A DNA stretch of 64,000 nt from Atractiella rhizophila (Eukaryota), in contig MU271445.1 of NCBI GenBank assembly GCA_021432655.1, forward strand, positions 1 through 64,000. The letters run 5' to 3'. The notes beneath the pieces were generated by a model that worked only from the letters and a program-made list of their open reading frames with translations, did not search any database and was not told the origin of the DNA. Shown here one piece after another: positions 25,301-38,200 of the stretch. Both the position numbers and the translations under genes were made by a program. Numbering within the stretch: position 1 is the first letter of the stretch; each line of letters starts with the position of its first letter.

Positions 25301-27545
25301 AAACACGCAAGGATTGAAGGGAAGAAGAAGCGAACCTTTCCGAGACCCATCTCATCAGCTAAGATCCCATTAATGCCTTGCTCATACAGATTCGCAAGCC
25401 AATTTAGACCCTTTAGTTGGTATTCTTTGAGTTGGCACTGGAGCATTTTCGGTTGTTTCACTTCCATGGAACCGAAACTTGATGGGTTCTGAAAGTTGAG
25501 CTCATCCGAGTCGATGTTGATACCAGAGAGGATGTCAGCACTCGTAGACGCCGCTGCTTTGTCCACCACTGTCGCCGTTGTCTGTTTCGCGGCAGCGTCG
25601 AATTCGGCGGCTTTGGCGCGCGCAGCTTGAACCGCATTCAGGGCGTTACGGCGAGCGTGTTCATTGAGGTTAGACTCGTCATCTGCTCTCGATGTTAACT
25701 AGACATTAACGTAAGGAGTGTTATCACGAACCATTGTCAAAATCGATAGCCTCTAGCTCCTTCTCATCGTCTTTTGCGTTCTCTAATATTTTCTCTAACT
25801 GCTCCTTCCCCTCCTTGTTCTCCGTAACAGCCTCGACACCAGCACCAGCGGTATCCGTTGACTCTTCCGCTTCCTTGGTGCGCATCTTACTTCCGACGAA
25901 ATGTGAATAGAGCTCCGTTTGAGTGATGAGGAAATTGAGTTTTCTCGCTTGTCTCTTGGCTTCTCGAACCTCCTCCTCCTTCCGCGCTTTCTCAACCATC
26001 TCCTTTTCCGCCTTCTTTCTCGCCTCCCTCTCCCTCTTCTCGTTCCCCCTCCAAAACATGCCCATTTCCCTTCCCACCTTCTTCGCTCTCGTCTGAATTT
26101 CCTTCCCCACCTTCGTCCTCCCCTGCGCCTTCCTTGCCTCCCTAGAGACGATCGTACCGACGCGTTTGCAAAAGAACTTCTTGGACGTCTCCGACTGTGT
26201 CTGGAGCTTCCACACCTTCGGTATCTCTTTTCTCGCAATCGCCATCCACACTCGCCTTTCCGCATCCTCCACAGCCTTCCATCGACGAGCCGCAGCCTGC
26301 TTCCCTGGCACGCTGACCTTGCCTTTCACCTCATCGTCAGAGTCGTACTCGTCCTGACCGTAGGGAAGGGTGGAGCCGTATGGCGTGCTCCCAAGAGGAT
26401 ACTGCCATGCGCTGACGGAGGCCGTCGTGGGAGGGAGGCCGTAGATGGATTCAATTGACATGCCCGGAGGGATATGTTGAGGCGGAGGCGGGAGGTAGTA
26501 CGGCTCAGCGGACAGTCCGTTTTGCTGCATAGGAGAATCGTAGTCTTCCTCGTCCTTGACAGCACCGCGTTTTCGTTTCTTCTCCGCTGCCCCTTTTCGC
26601 TTCTTGCGGCCATTCTCCTCAGGCACATAGACATCGTCGTCATCCATCATACTGTCCTCGTCCTCAGTTTCTTCAGCGTCCACGTCCTTGTATCCGCGTT
26701 TTGTTCCCCTTTTCGAAGAAGGTGGTTGGGAGGACGCGGGATAGGCATCGTAAGGCGTTGCAGGCGGTGGGAGTAGATGTGGAGGTCCGGTGACGAGGGC
26801 TGGGAGAGGAGGGAGCGGTGGAAGGGGCGGGAGCGGTGGGAGTGGAGGAAATGCTGAAGAGGGTGATGCTTGGGGCTGCTGAGCGAGCTGAGCTTGGAGG
26901 GAAGCTCTCTGAGCGAGGAGGTCGTCTTCATACGAGTCCTCTATTTTCGGCTGAGCATCCATCCTCGCCCTAAAGGCCAAGGCAAAGAATTTCAATCCCA
27001 TTTCTTCAGAACAGGAAAAAAGCAAGGACTGACCTCCTTTCCCTCTTCCTTTCTTCTCTCAACAGTTGTTCCCTAGCGGCGTGCTCCGCCCTTATCCTTT
27101 CTTGGTTCCTCTCCTGCTCCTGTTGTTTCCTATCTTCATTAATCGCATCCATCCTTCCCCCAGCCCAAACCGAAATGTTATACGCTATCCTGAGCTGGCC
27201 TCTATTCGCCTTAGACAACACCTTTCGCTCGTTCTTCAGCCGGTTCTCTTCTGTAAACTCCTGGTATCGCTGCAGGGCCGGAAGCCAGATGTCTTGAGTT
27301 TGAAGGAGTTCAACGTCGGAATCGACTTCGGCTTCTGATGCCACGATGGAAGGAGAAGGTGACAGAGCTTTCTTCTTCCTCTTCGCCTATCGTTCGACGA
27401 ACGTAAACGTCAATCGACATGCTCCAACTTGCCCCGGAAAGACAAGGAAAAAGCGTACCCTACGTTTAGGAAGCGGGGGGTCAGGAGCTTCCATGTTCGT
27501 TACAGATATGGCGGGTGAATGCGGCGCGTAAGAAGTGCTTGCCAT
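22382..27545 (-). CDS. INO80: Chromatin-remodelling ATPase INO80
   Basis: DBINO motif [26 protein letters not shown]2 motifs [44 protein letters not shown] and [11 protein letters not shown], with the split-ATPase insertion. Start exon inferred. Confidence 0.95.
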
Positions 27546-27919
27546 TGCTGTGGTGAGAGACGTGTACTGATATTGTCCTTGACTTTTGAGCTGAGGTTGT
27601 GGTGGGTGTGGAGGTGGGACAGGCGGGAGAGGTGGCGGTTTATAGAAAGCCTTGACTCCGGGAGCGCCGACTGGAAAGAGCCATGCAAAGCTTGTCAATG
27701 CGAAGCGTAACCAAAAACTCGGAGGTGGAGCAATCGACTTCCGCTTTGTTTCAACCACCACTCAATTTATCTCAGCCTTTGCTCTTTACGAGCAGTAATA
27801 CGAATTGATAGGAGCTGAGGCACAGAGACTCCGACGAGAGTTATGAAACAAGTGAAGGAAAGACTTGTGAGGTAATTTCGCTCCGGTGACTGGGGATGGA
27901 ATGCAAGCGAAGATTCACA

Positions 27920-28930
27920 ATAGGTACGGTATTGGCATCATGGCCCTTCCAATGGATGTTACAAAGACATTGAATTAGAGACATTCCTGCCAAAAGTTAC
28001 AGCGATCTCAAATACCAAATCAGTAGTGGATAGTTGGTGATCTTAAGAAGTTTGTATCATGATATTGGTGACTTGACAAGGTAGTGTTTGGTGAGCCATG
28101 ATTATCTCAAAGTTATTTTACTCAGCTGGAACAAAAGCTGGGTTCAGATCTCTGTTCAAAGTCCATTCATCCTCACCATTGGTAATAATATAATTTACCA
28201 GGTTCTTAGTAGTCAGAGGTCAGGTGACCATGGTAGGATTAGGATTATAAGAGTGATTATAAGCAATATCCCTGCCAGAAAAAAAGGTTCATTCTGGTCC
28301 ACTGGAAATTACCATCCATCTCTGAGGAACAATGTGAGACTTGCGGGTAGAATGGAGACATGCATTTCAAAGTGTTTCCAACAAAACATGGAAGCTTTTT
28401 GCAAGGAACCAAGGCAGAATTGAATGTAGCATGATGGTGACAGGGAGACCAACAGCAACATGGCAACATCCTTATCATCAGTTCTGTCACCCATCACCTT
28501 CAGCTCTTGCCCTATCCTGAGGATTCAATTAACATGCTTGTACATAGACCCTAACATGCCATGTGTAGGAGAAGTACATACACTTGTCAGTCTGAGATCT
28601 GGTACAGCTGCTTGAGACCTCTTATGTTGATGTCGTGGATATCAGCAAGTACATGGTCTTTGCATGCATTGATAATGCTTGAGTAGGCTAGGTATGCTCT
28701 TTTTGTTCATCACTTCTGCAATGCCTTGGTTGCTTTGACCTTACGATCTCTCCAGTTTCATAGCCTCTGCTCCTTCAGGACTCACTGCTTTAAGATCTGT
28801 TCCAACAACAATCCCTTAGCCTTCTGGACAGCTTACCCTGGACTCAAAATATTCACCATTCATCTACTTGTCCTCAGCTGGTAAGTACCCTTTGTATCAA
28901 ATAATATTTGATTACTTGATAACAGGTACC
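27920..28930 (-). mobile_element. Heavily deleted Ty1/copia remnant (gag and RT-end traces)
   Basis: Minus-strand peptide GQELKVMGDRTDDKDVAMLLLVSLSPS resembles copia gag (UBN2-type). An RT C-terminal-like trace lies near 27930-28050. Many stops. Confidence 0.5.
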
Positions 28931-28999
28931 AAACAATTTGTGGTCAACAATTTTCTCTACTTCCCATTCTTCAATTCAATTCATCCAATCTAGTGGTGC

Positions 29000-29710
29000 T
29001 TTAGCTGTAAGAAGCAGGGAGAAGGAGAAGAGAAGCCTGGAGACATTAGCATATGTGAAGCTTTCCAAATGGCTACAGGAAAGGAATGCACCATGATCAG
29101 ATCTGTATTGATTCTGCTGCTATGGACCATATCATGCTTTTCACAAGTGGTTCTCCATGCTCAAACGGCACTCACACTACATTTATTCGTTCCATAGCAT
29201 TATTATCCAAGTAATTGCACTGTCAAGGTATTACCAATGGATCAATGGAGTAGGGGATAGATTGAATTTATCCAAGCCCTCTATGACCCTGAGATCGATT
29301 GGGGATGGGTGAGAGTAATATACAGGATGCAAGTACAAACCTCATGAGTACTGTAAAAGCTGATGTCCTTAGCATTGCTGTTTAGGTATATTGGAAGTAG
29401 AGCCTGAAGCTATTGTAAGAAAAGAATATGGACTAGAGATAAGGGAGGAGGATCACCACTCATCATATGTTGGATGCCTCCTTCACTAACAATGAAAGCT
29501 CACATTCTCCTCTGGCCCTGTGGAGCAAGCAAAGGAGAAATTGAAGCTGATCCATAGACATATAGGGTACTACACTCATTAAGTCAAGTGGAGGAGCTGA
29601 ATATTAGCTCAGTTTTACAGACAAAATAAGAAGAGGAAAGTGGCTTTACTGAGTGAAGCATGAATCCAATGTTCTCTCCAGATTCAAAGAATTTAAAAGC
29701 AAATTCAATG
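29000..29710 (+). mobile_element. Ty1/copia pol remnant (protease and integrase start)
   Basis: IDSAAMDH protease-like motif near 29107. Integrase-like SSGGAEY*LSFTD and KHESNVLSRFKEFKSKF. Confidence 0.6.
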
Positions 29711-32626
29711 GCGTAGGACAAATTGAGTTGGAGGCGAGTGCCCCTTCCCGGCCTTGGAGTCTCCCATTTGCTCTATCTCACACGTCTGCTTTTGCAGTTA
29801 CGGCTCACCTGGCACACATGCTTAGGGCATATAGGTTTAAAGAGGTGGAAAGAGCTTTGTGACGGGGATTGGGTGTCGGATTTCGATTGAATACGACCTC
29901 ATTGGCTCTGTGTGTTGCTTGTGCCGCCTGAAAATTGAAAGCTCGACCAAATCATGTGACCACAGTGTGTTCCTCGAACACCAAAGGTGAACGAGTTGAT
30001 TGTAATCTGTGGGGTCCTGTCCCGGTCTCTGTGTTGCAGATAGGTGAGTGATATGGACTTGGGATTACTGATGAGGCTACGGCTAAGATGTGGTGGATTC
30101 CCCTGCATGCGAAGTCTGATGCAGCTGGGGCGCTGAAGGAATGAGTACTGTAGTCTGAGCGACGTGTAGGCATTAAAGTAAAGGTTATTTGAAGCGTCAA
30201 AGGAGGTAAGTTTCTGTTCTTTTATATTACACATCAGACATCCATTCCTATTTACAACCAAATGGGTTTCATTGAACGTCGTTGGTATATACTTTTTGAC
30301 GTGGTGCGTACTGTTCTTTTTGAATCTGGTTTACCGTTATCTTTCTGGGAAAAAGTAGTCTAATTTGCAGTTTACACTTTGAATCAGTTACCCATGTTTT
30401 CTCATGGGACTTGGAAATGCCCGGAGGTATTGTGGTCAGGATCAACACTGGACCTCTCACACCTATGCACTTTTAGTTGTCTGGCTGTCATTCACATTCC
30501 TGTCAAAAAGCAGAGGTCAAAGCCAGACCCATACGGCGCCATTGGTTACTTCGTTGGATACCTCAAGGGGTCGAAGGGTTGGTTGTTTTGGTTGCCACGA
30601 GATGTCGTTTCGTCCAGTCAAAGGAGGTGGACTGGTTTGAGGATCAGTTTTACAAAGATAGGACAGAGGAGTAGACATGGGTATTGGCTAAGTGAACCAC
30701 AACGATTTTATGCCCTCCAAGTTTGATGCTTTGGCTGATAATGTGACTGTGAGCATACCAGATCCTTCTGCCATTCTGCAACCACCAGATATGCCCTTTC
30801 CTGAACCAGCCTCCATTACCGCTACCACAATACTTCCCTCTGATGTGGCCACCCTGAGACTGGGAGTGCTGTTCCTGAGAGGAATGATAATCCAGGGTGG
30901 ATGGAAGTATGCCTGAAGCGGTACAGAGCTGCTACTGCAAACAAGCAGTATATGATCTTGTCCCTTGCCACTATCCTCCTCCTTCCACAAGACCTCGATG
31001 TAATGTTCCTAGACCATGATTACATGGTGCTAAACACAGGTAAACAATGAGGAAACTTATAATTCTGCCCCTCCAATTCCATACCCACAGGGGTCTCCTG
31101 ATCCTACAGAGCACTCCTCGACCCCTCTATAGCCTCAGATATCGTCTTTATACACCAACTCTCGTATTTGGATAGGACTAAGAGACTACGTTCCTTCTGT
31201 GGCTGCTGCTACTATGAGTCAAGAGATGTGTTGATCTGAACAGGCTGTGAGCATGGGAAGGATATACTGTTGGAGTTAACTGGAATGGGAAATAGACGAG
31301 CTGTCCTTCCATGAAGCCCTTTAAGATCCGGATGCTGATAAATGGTGGGCAGTGATATTGATTGAGATATTTGTTGCAGGTGATGGGGATGTGGGAAGAA
31401 CACTCGGTAGAGTTGCCTGTGGACAAACATGCGATTGACTGCAAATGGGTCCTTCTTATCAAACATGATTTGGATGGTAATGTGATTAAATACAAGGCTA
31501 GGCTCATAGCTAGAGGTGAAAAGCAGAGAGAGGGTATAGATTTCACCGCGATGTTTGCTCCCATGGTTCGAAAATCCTCGCTCCATAGCACATTATCGAT
31601 AGTGACCACAGAACGACTCAAACTCACGCAGTTTGACATCAGAAAAGCATTTCTGAATGGCACCCTGGAGGAAGAGGTGTTCCTGCATCAGCCACAGTGT
31701 TTTGTTGATTCTAGCAATCCTAGCAAGGTATTCCGACTAAGGAGGATGCTTTACAGCCTTTGTCAGGCTTGAAAAGGCTGGTATGATACCTTCCATTCTT
31801 TTCTCACGGACAAAATTTATGTTCGCACAAATGCTGATCACGGCGTGTACATTAAGCGTGAGGGTACTGAATTCGTCATAGAAACTCACAATCATGTGTT
31901 TGCACGTTGATGATGGTCTAGTTGCAGCGTCTTCACACCAACTCATCGAGCGACTGTTCACATTGCTGCGATCACAATTCAAGCTTACTAAGTCTCCGGT
32001 CTCCAATTTCCTTGAGATGCACATAAAATGGGATAAGGAGAACAGCAGGGTCACTCTTGATCAGGAAAGCTAGGTATGTAGGTGTATTGAAAAGTCCACA
32101 ATATCTGAACGGCACACGGCACTTCAAACTCGTTTGTGACACGACAGGTTCAACGACCATTGACGGCGACTCCGATTTGGACCACACATCTGATGTGGAT
32201 ACGCGACGTTCGATATCTGGGGTTGTTTTTCAGCTGGGCAGGTCAGCAGTTTCATGGATATCTAAGATGCAGCCCATGGTGGCGATATCGTCCACTGATG
32301 CTGAGTTTATTGTGTTATCTGCTGCTGCGACACAGGCTGTTTGGCTCAGACAGTTGAAGGCTGACTTAGAATTCCCTCAGACATCCCCTACATTGATTTG
32401 AGGTGATAATCAAGGTGTCTTAACACTTGCTAAGCATCCTGCTAACCATAGTCGTACAAAACATATCGAAGTGCATTACTACGCCACTCGTGAGCGCATC
32501 ATGGATGGTCAGATCATCCTCAAATGAATTCCCACAAATCAGATGGTCGTGGATGTGATGACGTAGGGACTAGCCCGCCTGCAACATTGGACGCTGTGCT
32601 CGGAGATGGGTCTGATTACTGGATAA
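29710..32626 (+). mobile_element. Decayed Ty1/copia retrotransposon (pre-integrase, integrase, RT, RNase H)
   Basis: WHTCLGHIG, CNLWGP, GYFVGYLKGSKGWLFW, KWVLLIKHDLDGNVIKYKARLIARG, CLHVDDGL, and DTRRSISG...AISSTDAEF. Many stops and frameshifts; same family as 34988-41449. Confidence 0.9.
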
Positions 32627-34323
32627 CAGTTCCATTATTCTTTGAAAGAGGGATTGGACGTTGACCTTGTTTTCAGTTTCTTCTTTCAAGAGCATCTGTC
32701 AGATGGCCTCCCAATCATCGGCTCTCAGGGAAGCACTATTATGTCGACAGGCCATAACATCGAGGAATTTGGTGATAGCCCTCATGCTGATGAGAATGGA
32801 GAGTCTCTAGCTATCCAGGGAGGTGGCACAGGGCAGGCTGATAGGATCGCTCAATACCATGGCATTCTCCCAATGCCAAGTGCTGGCTGCAAGAATAGCT
32901 GAGCACCCTCAAGTGACAGGTGATGATTTCAGCAAGCTAGGTATCTTGAGCCCAGAGAGCAAGATGGTGATAGAGGCACTCTTCCACAGCATCAAGGGAG
33001 GATACCATCATGCAGCAAGGAGACATTGGTGAGAGCAGTGACTAGCCACCATCTTGTCTATGGCATTCTCGTCAAGGTGATTGCATTCATTCCTCGAATC
33101 CCATATGCCTTTCCGGAGAGATCATATGCTTTCCTCGCTGGGCTTCCCATTCCATTCATCAAGGATGGGGCAATACTTTCCCCTGCTCCCAAGATGGTGC
33201 TCCCTCAGGATCATGCCTCCAAGCACCATGATTTCCTCCTGCTGTCCCCACAGAGAGAACCAAGTATGCGAGGCACGTGGTCACCATCACGAAGGTGCAC
33301 ACCTCTGGGAGAGCCATGTCAGCAGCTACTGCCTACTTGTCGGCAATGACCGCTATCAAGGATGCTAGGGAGAGGAAGCTAAGAGTATGAGCCTTCAAAA
33401 TTTTAGAAGGTGATGCTCTCATACAGGTTATCCATCTCCTCCTTACCATTTGAATATCCAGGGACCTCATTGGCCATCGCAGCGGGCACCCATTTCTTGC
33501 TAGCCAGAGACATGTCCTTCTCTCTCCTCAATTGAAACATGGCCATTGTATATCTGGCTCGTGTGCTCAATTGAGGAGCACCATTAATCAGGGCATTCTT
33601 GATCTCCTTCCTGAGAGCACTGATTGTCACCATTATCATCGCATTTCCAAGGCCAGGAGGGGACACCTTGAGGAGCCATTGATAGAGGGTTCTATCGCCA
33701 GCGGTCACACTTTTCTTGGAGAATGAGAGGGGAGGCACCAACCCAGTCTCATGGATGAGGGAAGCATTGTACTTCCCTATGACACGGCAAGAGAGAGAAT
33801 CCTCTGCTTCCTTGCTAGCACCAGGAGGAGAGGTCATGCTGGCTGTGCTGGCAACGCTTACCTCTCCCTCTGATTGAGCACTGAACACACTCTCTCAAGG
33901 AGGCATATCACTGGATTGAGCAGCTGCCTTGGGCACTTACTTAGAGGTGCCTTTTCCAACTGAGAAGTTGAATGCAACTGGCTTGCCAGGATGCGTTCTG
34001 CTAGATGGATGGGTGATCATCAATGGCCTCTCAGTATCTCTGCCAGTCAGCGAGCTAGATACTCCTGTCCCTGGAAAGACAGCGATGAGAGGAGGAGGAG
34101 AGGTGCTCGATAGCTTGGCCGCCTCTAGCTGCTTGCTAACAGTGTCCAATGATGCCGCTTGCACACCGATTAGCTTGAGCTGCATGGTTGATTTCTCAGC
34201 AGCCTTAGCATGAGAATCCAAGACTCTCGAGAGGTTCTCAAATGCCTCCCTCAGCTTGTCTCCTGCTGGGGGTGTGAGAGCATAGGCTCTCTGGTTCACT
34301 CGGTCCCCTCCTTCCATTCTATA

Positions 34324-34455
34324 CTTAGGGTTAGGGTTATGTTCCTGGCTCCACAGCGATTTGACCACCATCATGCTGCAGATCCGGTAGATAGTTCATT
34401 GCATTGTATATAGCAATTTGACCACCATGACACTGTGGACCAGGTCCAGCGCACA
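34324..34455 (+). repeat. LTR-like remnant, inverted relative to the 34988 LTR; contains TTAGGGTTAGGGTTA
   Basis: Its reverse complement (TACAATGCAATGAAC...GATGGTGGTCAAATCGCTGTGGAGCCAG...ACCCTAACCCTAA) aligns by eye with 35000-35145. Confidence 0.7.
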
Positions 34456-34987
34456 CTGGGCCCTCAGGGATCAAAAGGATAGCATGCTCCTCGGTGCTTC
34501 CTTGCCTGTCTCCGCTGTGGCTCTCATCATTTAGGAAGCTAGCAAGCAATCTGATTGGAAGAAGCCTATCCTCTGAATGTAGAAGTTGCCTGCCTCTTTG
34601 GCCCTCCATCTATCATGAACTGGCTTTCGATCAGATTTCTAACTGCTTAATCGTCAACAGGATACCACCAGACTAAGTTCTCCAGTCTCCAGCTCATCCT
34701 TGGCTTTCTAGCTACCATGAACTGGCTTTTAGTTGTCAAGGGATCAGATTTCAAACTCCTCTTAAGAATAGAGGAAACACATCACATTGTACAATGGGAA
34801 CCTAGAGGAGCCTTTAAATAAGTCAAGTTAACGCTAATGACGTACAATCAACATCGTCCAGATACATTAACATGTGACAAACGTAAGACATCCAATCTGT
34901 CATCATGAGCAAGAGTCGAGATTATATGTTTGAAAAGTGAAAAGAGGGGAATTCCATCTGGGTGGACAAGTTTGAAGCGGGCAAGTT

Positions 34988-35204
34988 TGTGAGAATGGGC
35001 CGGATCTGGATCTACAGCATACACGAAGATGGTGCTCAAAACACTGTCTACAATGCAAAGAACACTACGTACCTGGATCCACAGCGTACACGAAGATGGT
35101 GGTCAAAACGCTGTGGATCCAGAAGCTAAGACCCTAACCTTAACCACAACTTGTAGAAGCACCAAAAGCGTGCTGAGTGCCAAATGAGAGCCATATCTCT
35201 CACC
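34988..35204 (-). repeat. 3' LTR (~217 bp, with an internal repeat), preceded by a polypurine tract
   Basis: Direct repeat of 41301-41449. The C-run at ~35203-35210 reads as a G-rich PPT on the minus strand. Confidence 0.9.
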
Positions 35205-38200
35205 CCCCCTCACTCAGCAGCCGAGGAAAGAAGGAAAAGAAAACGAAGAAAGAAAGAAAGAAAGAAGAAGGAACGGAACCAGGAGAAAGAGAAGGAGAGT
35301 GCGAAATTAGAGCAAATAGTGATTAAAAGAAATCTATACTGATAAATGAACAAACAAGGAAAGATTGTCGAATACCAATACCAAGATCAGCGAGACCATA
35401 AACAACCTATATCAGCCCGGTAAGAAACAAGACTCTTCCCCCTAATTCTCCAATAATCCAAGCATCGAGCATAACTTCCAGTGCTGGACATTCCCTATAC
35501 CCTTCGTGAGAACGTCTGCTGCCATTTGTACCGTCGGTATCCATGTTAGTATTATCTCACTTGATTTGACCCTCTCACGTGTAGAGTGATAGTGCACCTC
35601 AACATGTTTCGTGTGGCCATGGTTTGCAGGATGCTTCGCTAAGGTAAGTGTAGCCTGATTATCCCCTTTTATCATCATTGGCCCCTGCTGAGGAAAACCC
35701 GGTTCCGACAGTAGTCCCCTCAACCACATTGCCTCCCTAGCTGCACTTGAGAGCGCGATATATTCTGCCTCCGTTGAAGAGATGGCTACGGTCGGTTGCA
35801 TCTTCGATATCCAAGAGACCGCCGATCTGCCTAGTCGAAATACAACGACAGAGACCGACGTGTATCTACATCTGCTGCGTGGTCAGAATCCGACAATCCT
35901 TCTACCTTGGTGGAACCTGTGTCATTCCACGTGAGTCTAAAGTCAGGAGTGCCAATAAGATATCTAAAAATCCTTTGAACACTAGCCCAATGCCTCCTGC
36001 CAGGATCAGCACTGTATCTGGCCGCCCTGTTGACAGCGAATAAGATGTCGTGGCGCGTGTTCACACCAGCATATATTAGAGCACCTATCGCCTCTTTGTA
36101 AGGTATTCTCTTCATGTACTCACGTTCCTCTCCCGTTTGGGGTGCCCAGGCTTTCGAAACTTTCTCGTTCATGCTGCAGGGAGTGTTCACTGAGTTCGCA
36201 TCCGACATACCAAAGCATTCCAAACATTTTCGGATGTAGTCCTGCTGATCCAAAGTGATACGCTCAGAACTCCTATCCCAGTTAATACGCATCCTTAGGA
36301 AATTCCCAACCTCTGCCATGGTTATCCTGAACTGAGTCCACAACAGAGCATATAGCTCATCGATGAGATGTTGAGATGAAGCAACCACAAGTCCGTTGTC
36401 AACATGGAGGCAGATGATCGTTGTATCTGCTCCCCTCCTCTTGATGTAAACTCCCCTGTCAGCATTCGTGCACAAATAACCATGTTGCAAGAGAAAGTTG
36501 TGTAACATATCGTTCCGACCCTTCCTAGCTTGTCGGAGGCCGTACAGCATCTTGCGAAGCCTAAACACCTTGTCAGGTTGACTCCGGTCAACAAATCCTT
36601 GAGGCTGTCTGAGATATACTTCCTCTTCCAACTTGCCGTTGAGAAAAGCGTTGGGCACGTCGAACTGGCTGCCAGACCACCTATTCGTGGCAGCGAGGGA
36701 TAGAGCGGACCTCATGGACACCATCTGTACCGTGGTCACATAAGTCTCGCCAAAATCAACCTCTTCTATTTGATGATCCCCTCTGGATACTAAGCGCGCC
36801 TTGTATTTGAGGACGTTCCCATCTAAATCCCTCTTGATCAGCAAAACCCACTTCGAGCCTATCGCCCTTTTTCCTTGCGGAAGGTCGACTAGTTTGTCCT
36901 CCCAAGTCCCCATGGCCTGAAGGGCTGTGAATTCTGCCAAGATAGCTACCCACCACTTGTCAGCATCAGGCCCTGCGAGTTCCTGCCGGAAGGAAGGTTC
37001 ATCTAAGTTATCATTCCAGTGAGCGGCATCCGCGTATACTTCCCATTTCGTAATATAGGTGCCCCTAATCGCTTCCTCCTCCAATGAATAAGGCGAAATG
37101 TGGAGTGCATTCTGCATCTTGCAAGTAGCTATCACCGGTACGTAATCCTTTGGCCGAAAGTCTGCTCTGATCATAAAGGCATTTACCCACAGTGTTGAGT
37201 CGGTATCATCTGTCCCTGTGGAGATGGGTGGGGAGGTAGTCAGAATTGGTTGCGGACGGCCACTGCCTAAAGCCTTGTAGTCAGTGCGAGGGACGTTTCG
37301 AAGTGACTGGTTATGTCATGGGTATGGGTGAGACGAATGGTCTGGTATCCTCTTCCTCCGCTGGCACGTAGGAGGAATAACAGGAACATCAGGAGGATCA
37401 GCTACATTACCTTGAGAAATGAGGGTCGCCTCCCCCCCTTGAACCCTTGGTCCATCATCTATCAGCATTTCTCCACTCCCAGCCAGATGCTGCTCCATAG
37501 CTGATGGTGTTGTTGGTGGGATTTTGGCTTCAGCACCTGGAACTTGAACAGAAACATCATCAGCTAATATATTGAAATCTGAGGGCATGAATTCGTGTAT
37601 AGACCATTCGACCAGTTTCTCTGTGTCCCCCACCAGCCTATCCTTGTAAAACTGGTCCTCAAACCACATAACCTCCTTGGTCTGAACGAAACACCGTGAT
37701 TGAGGAACCCAGAACAACCATCCCTTCGCACCCTCCAAATATCCAACAAAATATCCCATCAATCCCCTCGCATGTAATTTCGACGTCTGCTTCTCCTTCA
37801 GAATGTTGATAACGCCTAGATATCCGAATGTGCATAGATGAGAAACATCCGGACGATCCCCATCCCTGCACCGATTGGTACCTTCCAAGACCCATGCGAG
37901 TACGTAGGCAGTCGATTGAGGGTGTAAACCGCGAATTGAACCGCTTTCTCCCAGAACGATAGCAGAAGCCCCGACTTGAAAAGAATAGTCCTAGCAACGT
38001 TAAAAAGCGTGTACCATCTCCTCTCAATAAAACCCATCTGATTGTGAATGTAAGGAATAGAAGTTTCGTGCGAAATACCTTGGTTTTGAATAAAAGCTTT
38101 GAAATAAACAGATTGAAACTTACCGCCATTATCGCTTCGAAGTACCTTCACTTTGACGCCATAGTGCCGCTCAATCCCCAAAATCCAATTCTGTGGGACC

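Noticed and set aside
4969..27545. Apparent chromatin/DNA-repair gene cluster (PPH3, zf-HIT, SIF2, INO80)
   Set aside because: The genes are interspersed with unrelated ones, and such functions are common enough to co-occur by chance without synteny evidence.
35225..35300. GAAA/GAA-rich run
   Set aside because: Simple low-complexity sequence in the retroelement 3' untranslated region.
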